This document shows positions 40,376 through 48,883 of a stretch of DNA of 64,000 bases, one piece after another. Position 1 is the stretch's first letter; the number at the start of each line of letters is the position of its first letter. A program made the translations under genes and the position numbers. A model generated the notes under the pieces. That model was not told where the DNA came from. It did not search any database and worked only from the letters and a program-made list of their open reading frames with translations. This stretch comes from Myxococcota bacterium (GTDB lineage: Bacteria > Myxococcota_A > Polyangia > Nannocystales > Nannocystaceae): the NCBI GenBank assembly GCA_039028615.1, contig JBCCHT010000004.1, positions 224,001 through 288,000 on the forward strand, read 5' to 3'.

Positions 40376-41752
40376 TCACTCCTCGGACTCGGCCGTGGTC
40401 ACCCGCGCCCGTAGCCGGCCCTTGTGGAGCCGCAGTCCGATCTCGTCGCCTTCGCTCAGCCGCGATGCATCGGTGATCGCTTGCCCGTGCTCGTCGGTCG
40501 CGACCGCATAGCCCCGCTCGAGGACACCGAGCGGCGACAAGGCCTGCAGCGCGCCCGCGGCCCGAGCCAGCCGTAGCCGAGCCCCGCGAGGCGCTCGCTG
40601 ACCGGCGGCGACGAGTCGATGGTCGAGCTTCACCAAGCGCCGCCTCGCGCGGGGCACCAGCTCGAGCGCGGCTTGTCGCAGCCGAGCTTCGAGGGCATCG
40701 AGCCGACGGCGATCTCGCTCGACCCGACGCTGCGGATGATGAGCCTCGAGCCGACGTCGCAGCGCCTCGAGCCGCTCGCGCGGGCGTACCGAAAAGCGAT
40801 GACCCAAGCGAAGCAGGCGAGCCCGCGCCCCCTCGAGCCGCGCCCGCTCGTCCAGCGTGCTGCGCTCGAGCGCACGGGCCAGGCGACGGCCGAGCCCGTC
40901 GAGCCGCTGCTCCACTGCGTACAGATCGGGCACGACGAGCTCGGCCGCGTGCGAGGGCGTCGCCGCCCGCAGATCCGCCACCAGATCGGTGATGGAGATG
41001 TCGACCTCATGCCCCACTGCCGACACGACCGGCACGGGGCAAGCCGCGACGGCGCGCGCGAGGTTCTCGTCGTTGAAGCCCCACAAGTCCTCGAGCGAGC
41101 CACCACCGCGACCGATGATCACCACCGACACGCCGGGCTGGCGCTGCACCCGTTGCAGCGCGCGAATGAGCGAGCGCGGGCTCTCGGGCCCCTGCACCAC
41201 GGCGGGCGAGATGAGGATCCGGCTCGGGCAGCGGCGGCGCGCGACCTCGATGATGTCGTGCACGGCCGCGCCCTGGGCCGAGGTGACCACGCCGATCACC
41301 CCGGGCCAGCGCGGCAGCGGACGCTTGCGTTGCTCGTCGAACAAGCCCTCGGCCGCGAGCCGCCCCTTGCGGCGCTCGAGCTCTTGCATGAGCGCCCCGA
41401 GCCCGGCCGGCTCGGCTTGCTCGGCGTACATCTGAAAGCGCCCCTGCTTGGCAAAGATGCCCAGCCGCCCCTGCACGCGTACCCGCTGGCCGTTGTCGAG
41501 CCGGAAGCGCAATCGCTCGACGCTCGACCGCCACATCGCGACGGGCAGCGACGCGCCCGCGTCCTTGAGGCTGAAGAAGGCGTGACCGCTGGCGGCGATC
41601 TTGAGGTTGATGAGCTCGCCCTCCACCCACAGCATGGAGAAGCGCTCCTCGAGCGCTCGGTTGGCACCGCGCACCACCTGGCTCACCGTCCAGGCATTGG
41701 GCTGGGCTCGCGTGCGCGCGGGCGCACCGAAGGTCAGCTTGGTCTGCGCCAC
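40376..41752 (-). CDS. xseA: exodeoxyribonuclease VII large subunit
   Basis: WVEGE, SGHAFFSLKD, RGGGSLEDLWGFN, SAVGHEVD, AATPS, LSPLGVLERGY. Confidence 0.96.
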   Translation of the reverse strand: MAQTKLTFGAPARTRAQPNAWTVSQVVRGANRALEERFSMLWVEGELINLKIAASGHAFFSLKDAGASLPVAMWRSSVERLRFRLDNGQRVRVQGRLGIFAKQGRFQMYAEQAEPAGLGALMQELERRKGRLAAEGLFDEQRKRPLPRWPGVIGVVTSAQGAAVHDIIEVARRRCPSRILISPAVVQGPESPRSLIRALQRVQRQPGVSVVIIGRGGGSLEDLWGFNDENLARAVAACPVPVVSAVGHEVDISITDLVADLRAATPSHAAELVVPDLYAVEQRLDGLGRRLARALERSTLDERARLEGARARLLRLGHRFSVRPRERLEALRRRLEAHHPQRRVERDRRRLDALEARLRQAALELVPRARRRLVKLDHRLVAAGQRAPRGARLRLARAAGALQALSPLGVLERGYAVATDEHGQAITDASRLSEGDEIGLRLHKGRLRARVTTAESEE

Positions 41753-41847
41753 GGCTCGGGCACGCTAGCAGGCTTGGATCGGACGCCGAAGCGGGCCCAC
41801 CCCGCGACCCAAGCCCCTAGATTTACTGAGCAAAATTCACCCCACGC

Positions 41848-43542
41848 TCAGCCGGCCGGAGTACACACTCCACCGTCCGCCTGGATCTGGGCCTGCGTTC
41901 GGAACGTGTTGAGGCTCGACCAGTGCGGAGGCTGAACGGTTGGGATCGTTCCGTCTTCTCGAACATTGGTGACGAAGTACGCGTGCTGGTTCCAGATCCG
42001 CCGCGCGGCCGTCCACCCCGAGTCGGCGTCGCCGATGACCTGTACCGCGGGGGCCGTGCCGCTCGGGTCGGCCGAGACCACGATGATCTCCGCGGACTGA
42101 TCGTTGTCGACGTCGGCGACCACCGGGTAGTCCGTGCCCGTCGGGCTGCTGCGCGGAGCAGTGAGCAGCGCGGTGCCGTCAGCGTCGAAGACGTAGAGCT
42201 GATCGTCGTCGCCGAACATCGCTTCGGCGCTGCCGTCCCCGAGAAAGTCGAAGGCCGTGCCCGAGGCGCAGCACCCTCCCAGGACGGGCAGCGACCAGTC
42301 GGACGCCAACCCCTCCGTCCTCGGGTCGTAGCGCAGCACGCCGAAGTTCGGAGTCACGTACGAGCCGTTGCCGACCACCAGATCGGCCGCACCGTCGCCA
42401 TCGATGTCGTGGACCGCGGCTGGCAGCCCCGACAGCGAGGGCATGGCGTCCTCGAACTTCACCGTGCCGTCGTGCTCGACCACGGTGAGCCCCCGCAGCC
42501 CCGCGTCGTCCCGCGTACTGATGATGACCTCGGGCAAGGAGTCGCCGTCGATGTCCGCGACGTGGGCGAAGTGCAGCTCATCGGGATCGTTGGGCAGCGC
42601 GAAGTAGGTCGACCCGTCGTGGTGGTAGGCGTAGTTGCCGTAGATGATCTCGAGGTCGCCGTCGTCATCGAGATCGGCCGCGACCGGGGTGACCCCCGCT
42701 CCGCTGCCCGGCTCGTTGCTGCCGATCTGGGCGCCCAGATGCGTGGCGACGACCTCGTCGACCATGATCTCCACATCGCCGTCGGCATCGAGGTCGGCCA
42801 GCGTGATGTGCCCCAGCCCTCGAAATCCATCGACTGCGGACCCCCACGCGACGCTCCCGTCGTGTTCGAACGCGATGATCTCTCCCGGCCCCCCGAAGTC
42901 CAGCTCGCGGACGGCCAGGATCTCGACCTGCCCGTCGCCGTCGATGTCCCCCAGCGCCGGGTTGGTGAGAAAGTCGAGGGTGAAGCCGCTCGCCCAGTGC
43001 AAGGCACCCGTGGCCCCGTCGAGCACGTAGAGCCGGGCCTCGCTGGTGCCGGCCGGAGCGGCCAAGACCACCACGTCCGGGATGTCGCACAGGGTGACCT
43101 CGCCGTCGCCATCGTCGTCGGTGAGGTTGGCGACCAGCGGAGTGGTGAGGACCTGGAGGTCGCCCGAATCCCCCGACCACGACCACTCCACGTTCGGCTG
43201 GAAACTCTCGGCCAGAGGCGGCGCATCGCAGCCACCGATGCCCGTGATGTCGTCGTCCGCGACGAAGCACAGCTCGGACGGACCGCCGAGGTCGAGCCCT
43301 CCGCCCACGTCGAGCACGGGCGTGTCGTCGCCCCCCGTCGAATCGCCTCGGGTGCCCTCGGCGGTGGAGTCCGCCACGTCCGTGCTCGAGCCCGGCGTCG
43401 GACCGGAAGTCATCGTGCCGGATGTCGCCTGGCCCGACTCGGCGCCGGCCGACGACGCGGAGTCCTCACCGGGGTCTGGATCGCCGCACCCGACCAGCGC
43501 CGTCACGGCGACGGTCACCTCCAAGAGCCGATGGTTCCGCAT
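41848..43542 (-). CDS. FG-GAP repeat lipoprotein
   Basis: Lipobox LVGC; repeated DxDGDG motifs; FDFLGDG, YPVVADVDND, IWNQHAY. Confidence 0.85.
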   Translation of the reverse strand: MRNHRLLEVTVAVTALVGCGDPDPGEDSASSAGAESGQATSGTMTSGPTPGSSTDVADSTAEGTRGDSTGGDDTPVLDVGGGLDLGGPSELCFVADDDITGIGGCDAPPLAESFQPNVEWSWSGDSGDLQVLTTPLVANLTDDDGDGEVTLCDIPDVVVLAAPAGTSEARLYVLDGATGALHWASGFTLDFLTNPALGDIDGDGQVEILAVRELDFGGPGEIIAFEHDGSVAWGSAVDGFRGLGHITLADLDADGDVEIMVDEVVATHLGAQIGSNEPGSGAGVTPVAADLDDDGDLEIIYGNYAYHHDGSTYFALPNDPDELHFAHVADIDGDSLPEVIISTRDDAGLRGLTVVEHDGTVKFEDAMPSLSGLPAAVHDIDGDGAADLVVGNGSYVTPNFGVLRYDPRTEGLASDWSLPVLGGCCASGTAFDFLGDGSAEAMFGDDDQLYVFDADGTALLTAPRSSPTGTDYPVVADVDNDQSAEIIVVSADPSGTAPAVQVIGDADSGWTAARRIWNQHAYFVTNVREDGTIPTVQPPHWSSLNTFRTQAQIQADGGVCTPAG

Positions 43543-43615
43543 GACAACCACCGTACCCGTTGGGCGCGGACGTTCGCCGCGGCTTCGCGGTTGCGAACCC
43601 GAGCCCTCGAGCGCT

Positions 43616-43852
43616 TTAGTGCGCGGGGTCGAGCTGCAGATCGCCGTCGCTGAGGGACTCGAGCTGAGCCCGCAGCTCCTTGAGTTCCGTCTCCAGGCGG
43701 GTCACGCGCTCGGCGAATTCGCGCACGACCTCGTCCAGGTCCTCTACGCTGCGCTGCTGAAACTGCGCCTGCATCTCGAGCTCTCCGAGCCTCGCGTCGA
43801 CCTCGCTGCCTCCCGGCTGTGCGCCGTGGGAGCCCTCCGCGTCGGGAATCAC
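43616..43852 (-). CDS. SlyX family protein
   Basis: RLGELEMQAQFQQRSVEDLDEVV coiled coil; ends PAH. Start uncertain. Confidence 0.75.
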   Translation of the reverse strand: MIPDAEGSHGAQPGGSEVDARLGELEMQAQFQQRSVEDLDEVVREFAERVTRLETELKELRAQLESLSDGDLQLDPAH

Positions 43853-43953
43853 GGTCGGAGTGTAGCCGCTTTTGGGCCCCGTCGGCCAAATCCGGCCATG
43901 CGGGGTCGCGAGAAATTTGGGCCACACCCGGTTTCGTCGTTCTACTGGGCCTG

Positions 43954-44598
43954 ATGCGCCCCGTGGCCCACTGCCGACCGTTTCTCACGCTCTGCCAAAT
44001 CTTCGTCTTGGCGGCGTTTGGCGGGGGTTGCGACTTCTTTCAGGAGCTGGAGTCAGAGCCGGGCGCGGGCGAATCCGGGGCCGAAGAGAGCACGGGCGCG
44101 GACGAAGGTACGGGAGACACTGACGACGGCCCGTGCACCCTGGCGGAGGACGATCGCTGCCTGGACCAGGACACGGTGCAAAGTTGCAGTGTCGAGGACG
44201 GCACCGTCTCCGAGCTCGACTGCGGAGCGCTGTGCGGGGGCTTCACGAATTTCTCCTGCGTCGCGACGGGCACGGGGCAGCACGCCTGCTGGTGCGTCGA
44301 GCCGGGGCCGACCAAGGTCTACACCTGCCGCGAGCTCGAGGACTGCATGGAGGGCTGCCCTCCCGCGGCCGACTTCTCGTGCCCCGACCAATGCTTCGCG
44401 CGCACCGACGCGATGACGATCCGAATCTTCGGAGCCCTGCTGCACTGCGCCGAGGCGACCTGCGAGCAGCAGTGCATCGATGCCCCGCAGACCTGCAACG
44501 CATGCATCGAAGCCGCGCGCATCGAGGGCAGCGGCGGCTGTAGCTTGCCGCGAGCGATCTGCGACGACGATCGCAACCCCGAAGATCCCTGGCCCTGA
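43954..44598 (+). CDS. Cys-rich lipoprotein, hypothetical
   Basis: Lipobox GGGC; many CxxxC pairs. Confidence 0.7.
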   Translation: MRPVAHCRPFLTLCQIFVLAAFGGGCDFFQELESEPGAGESGAEESTGADEGTGDTDDGPCTLAEDDRCLDQDTVQSCSVEDGTVSELDCGALCGGFTNFSCVATGTGQHACWCVEPGPTKVYTCRELEDCMEGCPPAADFSCPDQCFARTDAMTIRIFGALLHCAEATCEQQCIDAPQTCNACIEAARIEGSGGCSLPRAICDDDRNPEDPWP

Positions 44599-44695
44599 TC
44601 GCGCTCGCCACGGGGTGCCACGCCGCGTGAGCCAGACCGCGTGGGCCAGGCACATTGCGGGTCGAAACTCGGGGGTTTCGTGGTAGCTCGACTCC

Positions 44696-45538
44696 GTGCC
44701 CGCCTTCGTCGACGTGCCCGATCCCGTCGCTGGACCCGACGCCACCGGTCGCATTCGCTACGACCTGCGTCAGCCCAAAGACGCCAGCCCGCACCCTCCC
44801 CTGGTGTTGCTCGGCGGCATGACCCAGACCCTGTCCAGCTGGGGCGGCCAGCTGCGGCCGCTGTCCAAGACCCGCACGGTGCTCGCCTACGAAGCCCGTG
44901 GCCAGGGGTCGACCGAGCTCGACCCCTCCGAGGCCGGGCTCGCCCGCCACGCCGAGGACTTCGCCGCGTTCGTGCAGGCGCTGGGGTTGCCCACGCCGCT
45001 GGATCTCTGCGGGTTTTCGTTCGGCGCGCGCGTGAGCATGTCCGTGGCTGCGACTCACCCCCACCTGATTCGACGGCTGGTGCTGTCGGGGGTGGGCAGC
45101 GGGCGCGGCATCGTCGGGCAGCTCATCGTCGAGGGGTGGATCGCCTCGCTGAAGACGGGTGACCTCGAGACGCTCGCGCGGATCAGCCTCCCGGACATCG
45201 TGGGGCCGCGATATCTGGAGAAGCACGCCCACCTGGTGGAGCCGATGGTGCGCGCGGTGATCGAGCGCAACTCCTTCGAGGGAATCCGGTCCCTGTTCGA
45301 GCAGACCCTGCGCTCCGATCCGGATAGCCCGTGGGCCATGGACGCCCTGGCTGCGCGCGTGCAGTGCCCGGCGTTGGTCATGGGCGGCGCCCTCGACCGG
45401 CTGGCGCCCCCCGAGGAAGTGCAGGGCCTCGCCGCCCGCATGGGTGCACAGACGCGGCGCTTCGAGGATGCCGGCCACACCATCCCCATCGAGGCGGCCG
45501 AGCCGTGGCGTGAAGCGGTGGTCGAGTTTCTCGGCTGA
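44696..45538 (+). CDS. alpha/beta hydrolase
   Basis: RGQGS, GFSFGA nucleophile elbow, AGHTIP. Confidence 0.88.
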   Translation: MPAFVDVPDPVAGPDATGRIRYDLRQPKDASPHPPLVLLGGMTQTLSSWGGQLRPLSKTRTVLAYEARGQGSTELDPSEAGLARHAEDFAAFVQALGLPTPLDLCGFSFGARVSMSVAATHPHLIRRLVLSGVGSGRGIVGQLIVEGWIASLKTGDLETLARISLPDIVGPRYLEKHAHLVEPMVRAVIERNSFEGIRSLFEQTLRSDPDSPWAMDALAARVQCPALVMGGALDRLAPPEEVQGLAARMGAQTRRFEDAGHTIPIEAAEPWREAVVEFLG

Positions 45539-45541
45539 CGC

Positions 45542-45760
45542 TCAGGCGTCGGCCACCTCGGGCTCCCACTGCAAGATGTCGCCGGGCTGGCAATCGAGCG
45601 CCCGACAGATGGCGTCGAGGGTGGTGAAGCGCACCGCCTTGGCGCGACCGCTCTTGAGCACCGAGAGGTTCTGAGCGGTCACCCCCACCGCCTCAGCCAG
45701 GTCGTTGAGCCGCATCTTGCGGCGCGCGAGCATCACGTCGAGTCGGATCACGATCGGCAT
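45542..45760 (-). CDS. Cro/XRE HTH regulator (YozG-like)
   Basis: LDVMLARRKM...NLSVLKSGRAKAVRFTTLDAICRALDCQPGDIL. Confidence 0.92.
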   Translation of the reverse strand: MPIVIRLDVMLARRKMRLNDLAEAVGVTAQNLSVLKSGRAKAVRFTTLDAICRALDCQPGDILQWEPEVADA

Positions 45761-45776
45761 GGCGAAACTCCCGAGG

Positions 45777-46223
45777 TCAGATGGTGAGCCCGTGCTCTTC
45801 GTCGAGCTTGCGGGCCTCGTCCATGACCCAGGACATGAAGATCAGCACCAGACCCGCGACGAACGAGCCGGGACCGAAGCCGACTCCGGTCGTAAACTCG
45901 GCGGCGGCCTGGTCGTAGTCGACGCTGACCTGCGCTGCGGTGAGCACGATGAGCCAGCCGATGACCCGCAGGTGGCGAACGTTGGCGAGCCCGAACAGCT
46001 CGCCGCTCTCGTAGCGCTCGGCCAGGCGGGCGACCTGGTGAAACACCACCGTCATCACCAGCGCGAGCGCCCCGCTGTACAGCATGATGACCGAGTACGA
46101 GGGCGGCTCCTGCTGGGCTCGAGCGAGCACGAAGCCCATGAGCGCGGCCGAGATCAGCGACACCACCGAAAGGGCGTACGCGAGGAGCTTGACGACTTTG
46201 CTGACTCGTTGGATGCGGCGCAT
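45777..46223 (-). CDS. DUF2975-like membrane protein
   Basis: TM helices, NVRHLRVIG, C-terminal EARKLDEEHGLTI; usual partner of the adjacent HTH gene. Confidence 0.85.
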   Translation of the reverse strand: MRRIQRVSKVVKLLAYALSVVSLISAALMGFVLARAQQEPPSYSVIMLYSGALALVMTVVFHQVARLAERYESGELFGLANVRHLRVIGWLIVLTAAQVSVDYDQAAAEFTTGVGFGPGSFVAGLVLIFMSWVMDEARKLDEEHGLTI

Positions 46224-46278
46224 CGGCGACTTCTCTCGATTCCCAACCTACGGGACGCCTCTCGATTTTCAACCATTT

Positions 46279-46297
46279 TTTACCGAAAAACGATAAA
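46279..46297. promoter_or_regulatory. probable operator (imperfect inverted repeat) upstream of the DUF2975-HTH operon
   Basis: TTTACCG-AAAAA-CGATAAA in an AT-rich patch. Confidence 0.55.
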
Positions 46298-46386
46298 TAA
46301 ATCTCGATTACCGTGATGCGCGCCGGTTGGCGGGCGGCTTTTTCCCGCTCCGGGTCACGCGGTGCGGCCGGGTGCCTACCGTGGAC

Positions 46387-46497
46387 ATGAAGACCATGAC
46401 CAAGTGGCTCGTCGGCGCCTCCATCCTCCTTCTGCCTGCCGCCGCGTGGGCCGGAGAAGCCCTCGGCGCAGGCTGCATCTGCCCGTTGTGCTGCTGA
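46387..46497 (+). CDS. 36-aa secreted Cys-rich peptide (below ORF-track cut-off)
   Basis: MKTMTKWLVGASILLLPAAAWAGEALGAGCICPLCC*; Sec signal with AWA cleavage site; GC-rich third positions. Confidence 0.7.
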   Translation: MKTMTKWLVGASILLLPAAAWAGEALGAGCICPLCC

Positions 46498-46537
46498 GAC
46501 GAAGACTCTTCGAACTCGTGACGTTGTCTCCCCGGGT

Positions 46538-47077
46538 ATGCACGCATCGACGCGTCGGCGACTTCAGCAGGGCCTCACCGCGCTGGCAGCGGGTGACCGG
46601 CAGGCCTTCGACGGCGTGTACGCCTCGAGCTGGCCGGTCATGCACTCGCTCGCGGTGCGGCTGCTCGGCGACTCCGCCGAGGCCGAAGACGCGGCCCAGC
46701 GTGCCCTCCTCAAGCTCTTTTCCAATGCCTCTCGCTTCGATCCGGAGCGGGAGGCATTGCCGTGGATCCTCACCTTCGTGATCAACGAATGCCGAACGGT
46801 GCGCGCGCGGTGGCGACGTCGACCCCTGCAATCGCTGACGGTCGAGCCGTCCTCGGACGCAGGGTCGCAGGCGCTACCCGAGGACATCCTGGTCCGGGCC
46901 GATCTGGCCGAGGCGCTGCAGTCCGTGGTCGGCACGCTCACACAGGACGATCGAGTCGCGCTGGGACTGGAAGACGGGGCCGACGACACGGTCGCCCCGG
47001 CCACCCGACGAAAGCGAAAACAGCGGGCGCTCGTTCGCCTGCGCAGCGCGTGGAGGAGGATCCATGGACTCGCATGA
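46538..47077 (+). CDS. ECF sigma factor
   Basis: AAGDRQAFDGVY, AEAEDAAQ, FDPEREALPWI; degenerate region 4. Confidence 0.85.
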   Translation: MHASTRRRLQQGLTALAAGDRQAFDGVYASSWPVMHSLAVRLLGDSAEAEDAAQRALLKLFSNASRFDPEREALPWILTFVINECRTVRARWRRRPLQSLTVEPSSDAGSQALPEDILVRADLAEALQSVVGTLTQDDRVALGLEDGADDTVAPATRRKRKQRALVRLRSAWRRIHGLA

Positions 47078-47591
47078 GCTCGCCGCCCGGGCCCGCCGGG
47101 CCTACGAACTCGGACGACTGCGTCGGGCCGCATGGGCGTGGTGGCCCGTGTCGCCCGTCGTGGTCGTCGCCCTGCTCATGGGCCACACCGCCACCGCCGT
47201 CGCCCTGGCCGTGCCGCTGGTGCTGATGTGCGTGTGGTGCTCGTATCGCGGCCAGGGCCTCGAGCGAGCGATCACCCCCGGGGCAGTGGCCGGGCTGCTG
47301 CCCGCCATGGTCGCCATGGGCACGATGCAGCACTTCGGCTGTGCCTCGAACTCGTGCGCCGAGTTGTGTGCCCCCTTGTGTGCCGCGACCGGGCTGGTGG
47401 TAGGTGCGTGGCTGGGCACCAAGACGGCGGCACGCGAGACGCCACGGGTCACCGCGGCCTCGCTGGCGATCGCGGCCGTGTCCGCTTCGCTCGGCTGTGC
47501 ACCGATCGGCCTGGGCACCCTGGTCGGTGCCATCGTGGGCATGGCCGTCGGCGTGGTGCCCCTGTGGGTCGTGCGGCACGCGGCCGACTAG
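47064..47591 (+). CDS. Cys-rich multi-pass membrane protein, probable anti-sigma factor
   Basis: Overlaps the sigma stop; several TM helices; seven Cys (CVWC, CASNSCAELCAPLC, LGC). Confidence 0.65.
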   Translation: MDSHELAARARRAYELGRLRRAAWAWWPVSPVVVVALLMGHTATAVALAVPLVLMCVWCSYRGQGLERAITPGAVAGLLPAMVAMGTMQHFGCASNSCAELCAPLCAATGLVVGAWLGTKTAARETPRVTAASLAIAAVSASLGCAPIGLGTLVGAIVGMAVGVVPLWVVRHAAD

Positions 47592-47595
47592 AAGT

Positions 47596-48759
47596 TCATG
47601 GCGACTCGGGCAGGTCTGCGCCGTCTCTAATCACGTGCCGGGGCACGGCGTCGAGCCCTTCGAAGGCGGCGTCGAGGCGTGCCTGAAGCCCGGGCGTGCC
47701 GCCGGGTCTCGGGTCTCGCAGGTAGACGCTGCGAACTCGTCCCGGAAACTGCCGCGCGATCGCGGCGTAGATCTCGGGGTCGTGCTCGCCCGTGTCGCCG
47801 ATGAGCACGAACTGGCGTGTGGAGAACGAGCGGATGATGGTGGCGATGGTGGTCTTTTTGTAGGCCTCGGACGGCGCGAGCAGGTCGATCATCTCGCCCG
47901 CGCGCCAGCGGAAAGGCCGGAGCGCGAAGCTTCCGCGCGGGAAGCCCTCGTCGCGGGCGAACTCGGCCATTGCGTCGAGCAAGGGCAGCGGAGACGCGGA
48001 GACGTAGTGGAACGCGACGTCCTGCTCGGCCCAGCGCTCGTAGACCGCGGCCATCTTCGGCACCGCCACCGGGTCGCGCAGGAACGTGTTCTCGAACATC
48101 GCCTTGCGGTCGTGCACCTCGGTGACCTTGATCGTGTCGTCGACGTCGGAGATGACCGAGACGCCCTCGTCCGCCAATAGCTGCGCCCAGGCCGAGAAGC
48201 GTCGCGTGTCGCCTTCGCGCACCACGACCTCGAGCTCGACCCACGAGCGCTCGCCGTGCGGCACGGGGGTGTCGACGGGCAGCTCGAACGCACCGCGGGC
48301 CCGGCCGCTGGGGGTCGTGGGCCCGACCCGCGCGGCATGAGGACCCCGACGCAACGCCAGATACTCGCCGCGCTCGTTGTCGACGACGAAGGGCTGCAGC
48401 CGCGCCCGGACCTTCGCATCGGCCGACCACCCGTCGGGGACCGAGATGGCGTCCCCAAAAAGCTCCAGCACCACGCGACGGGAGAGGCTGTCGTACTCGG
48501 GCTCGAACACCCAGGCCTCGATGGGGATGTCCCAGGTGCTCCCTCGGAGAACGCCGAAGGTGGGCAAGAAGCGGACGACTTCGTCGCTGGCCAGGGTGCT
48601 GGGGTCGACCTGGGCAAGCTCGTATTCGGGCATCGGAGGCGGGGATGCGGGCGCAGGGGATTCCGGCTCACCGTTGGCACAGCCCAGACCCACTACGGAC
48701 ACGGCGAGCACCCAGGACGGCAGGCGTAGCGACGAGGTCACGGCCTTCGAGCGTGGCAT
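47596..48759 (-). CDS. App1-like phosphatidate phosphatase (DUF2183) lipoprotein
   Basis: VISDVDDTIK HAD motif, FHYVSASP, LIGDTGEHDPEIY; lipobox GLGC. Confidence 0.85.
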   Translation of the reverse strand: MPRSKAVTSSLRLPSWVLAVSVVGLGCANGEPESPAPASPPPMPEYELAQVDPSTLASDEVVRFLPTFGVLRGSTWDIPIEAWVFEPEYDSLSRRVVLELFGDAISVPDGWSADAKVRARLQPFVVDNERGEYLALRRGPHAARVGPTTPSGRARGAFELPVDTPVPHGERSWVELEVVVREGDTRRFSAWAQLLADEGVSVISDVDDTIKVTEVHDRKAMFENTFLRDPVAVPKMAAVYERWAEQDVAFHYVSASPLPLLDAMAEFARDEGFPRGSFALRPFRWRAGEMIDLLAPSEAYKKTTIATIIRSFSTRQFVLIGDTGEHDPEIYAAIARQFPGRVRSVYLRDPRPGGTPGLQARLDAAFEGLDAVPRHVIRDGADLPESP

Positions 48760-48883
48760 CGTCGTCACGACGATCACAAGCACGTCGAACATCGATTCAC
48801 GCGAGCCCAGCAGGCCCCGATGCGGCCGCGCCTACGCTTGCCGGCCATGGGGCCCTATGCCACGATGCGAGCGCGGAACCGAG

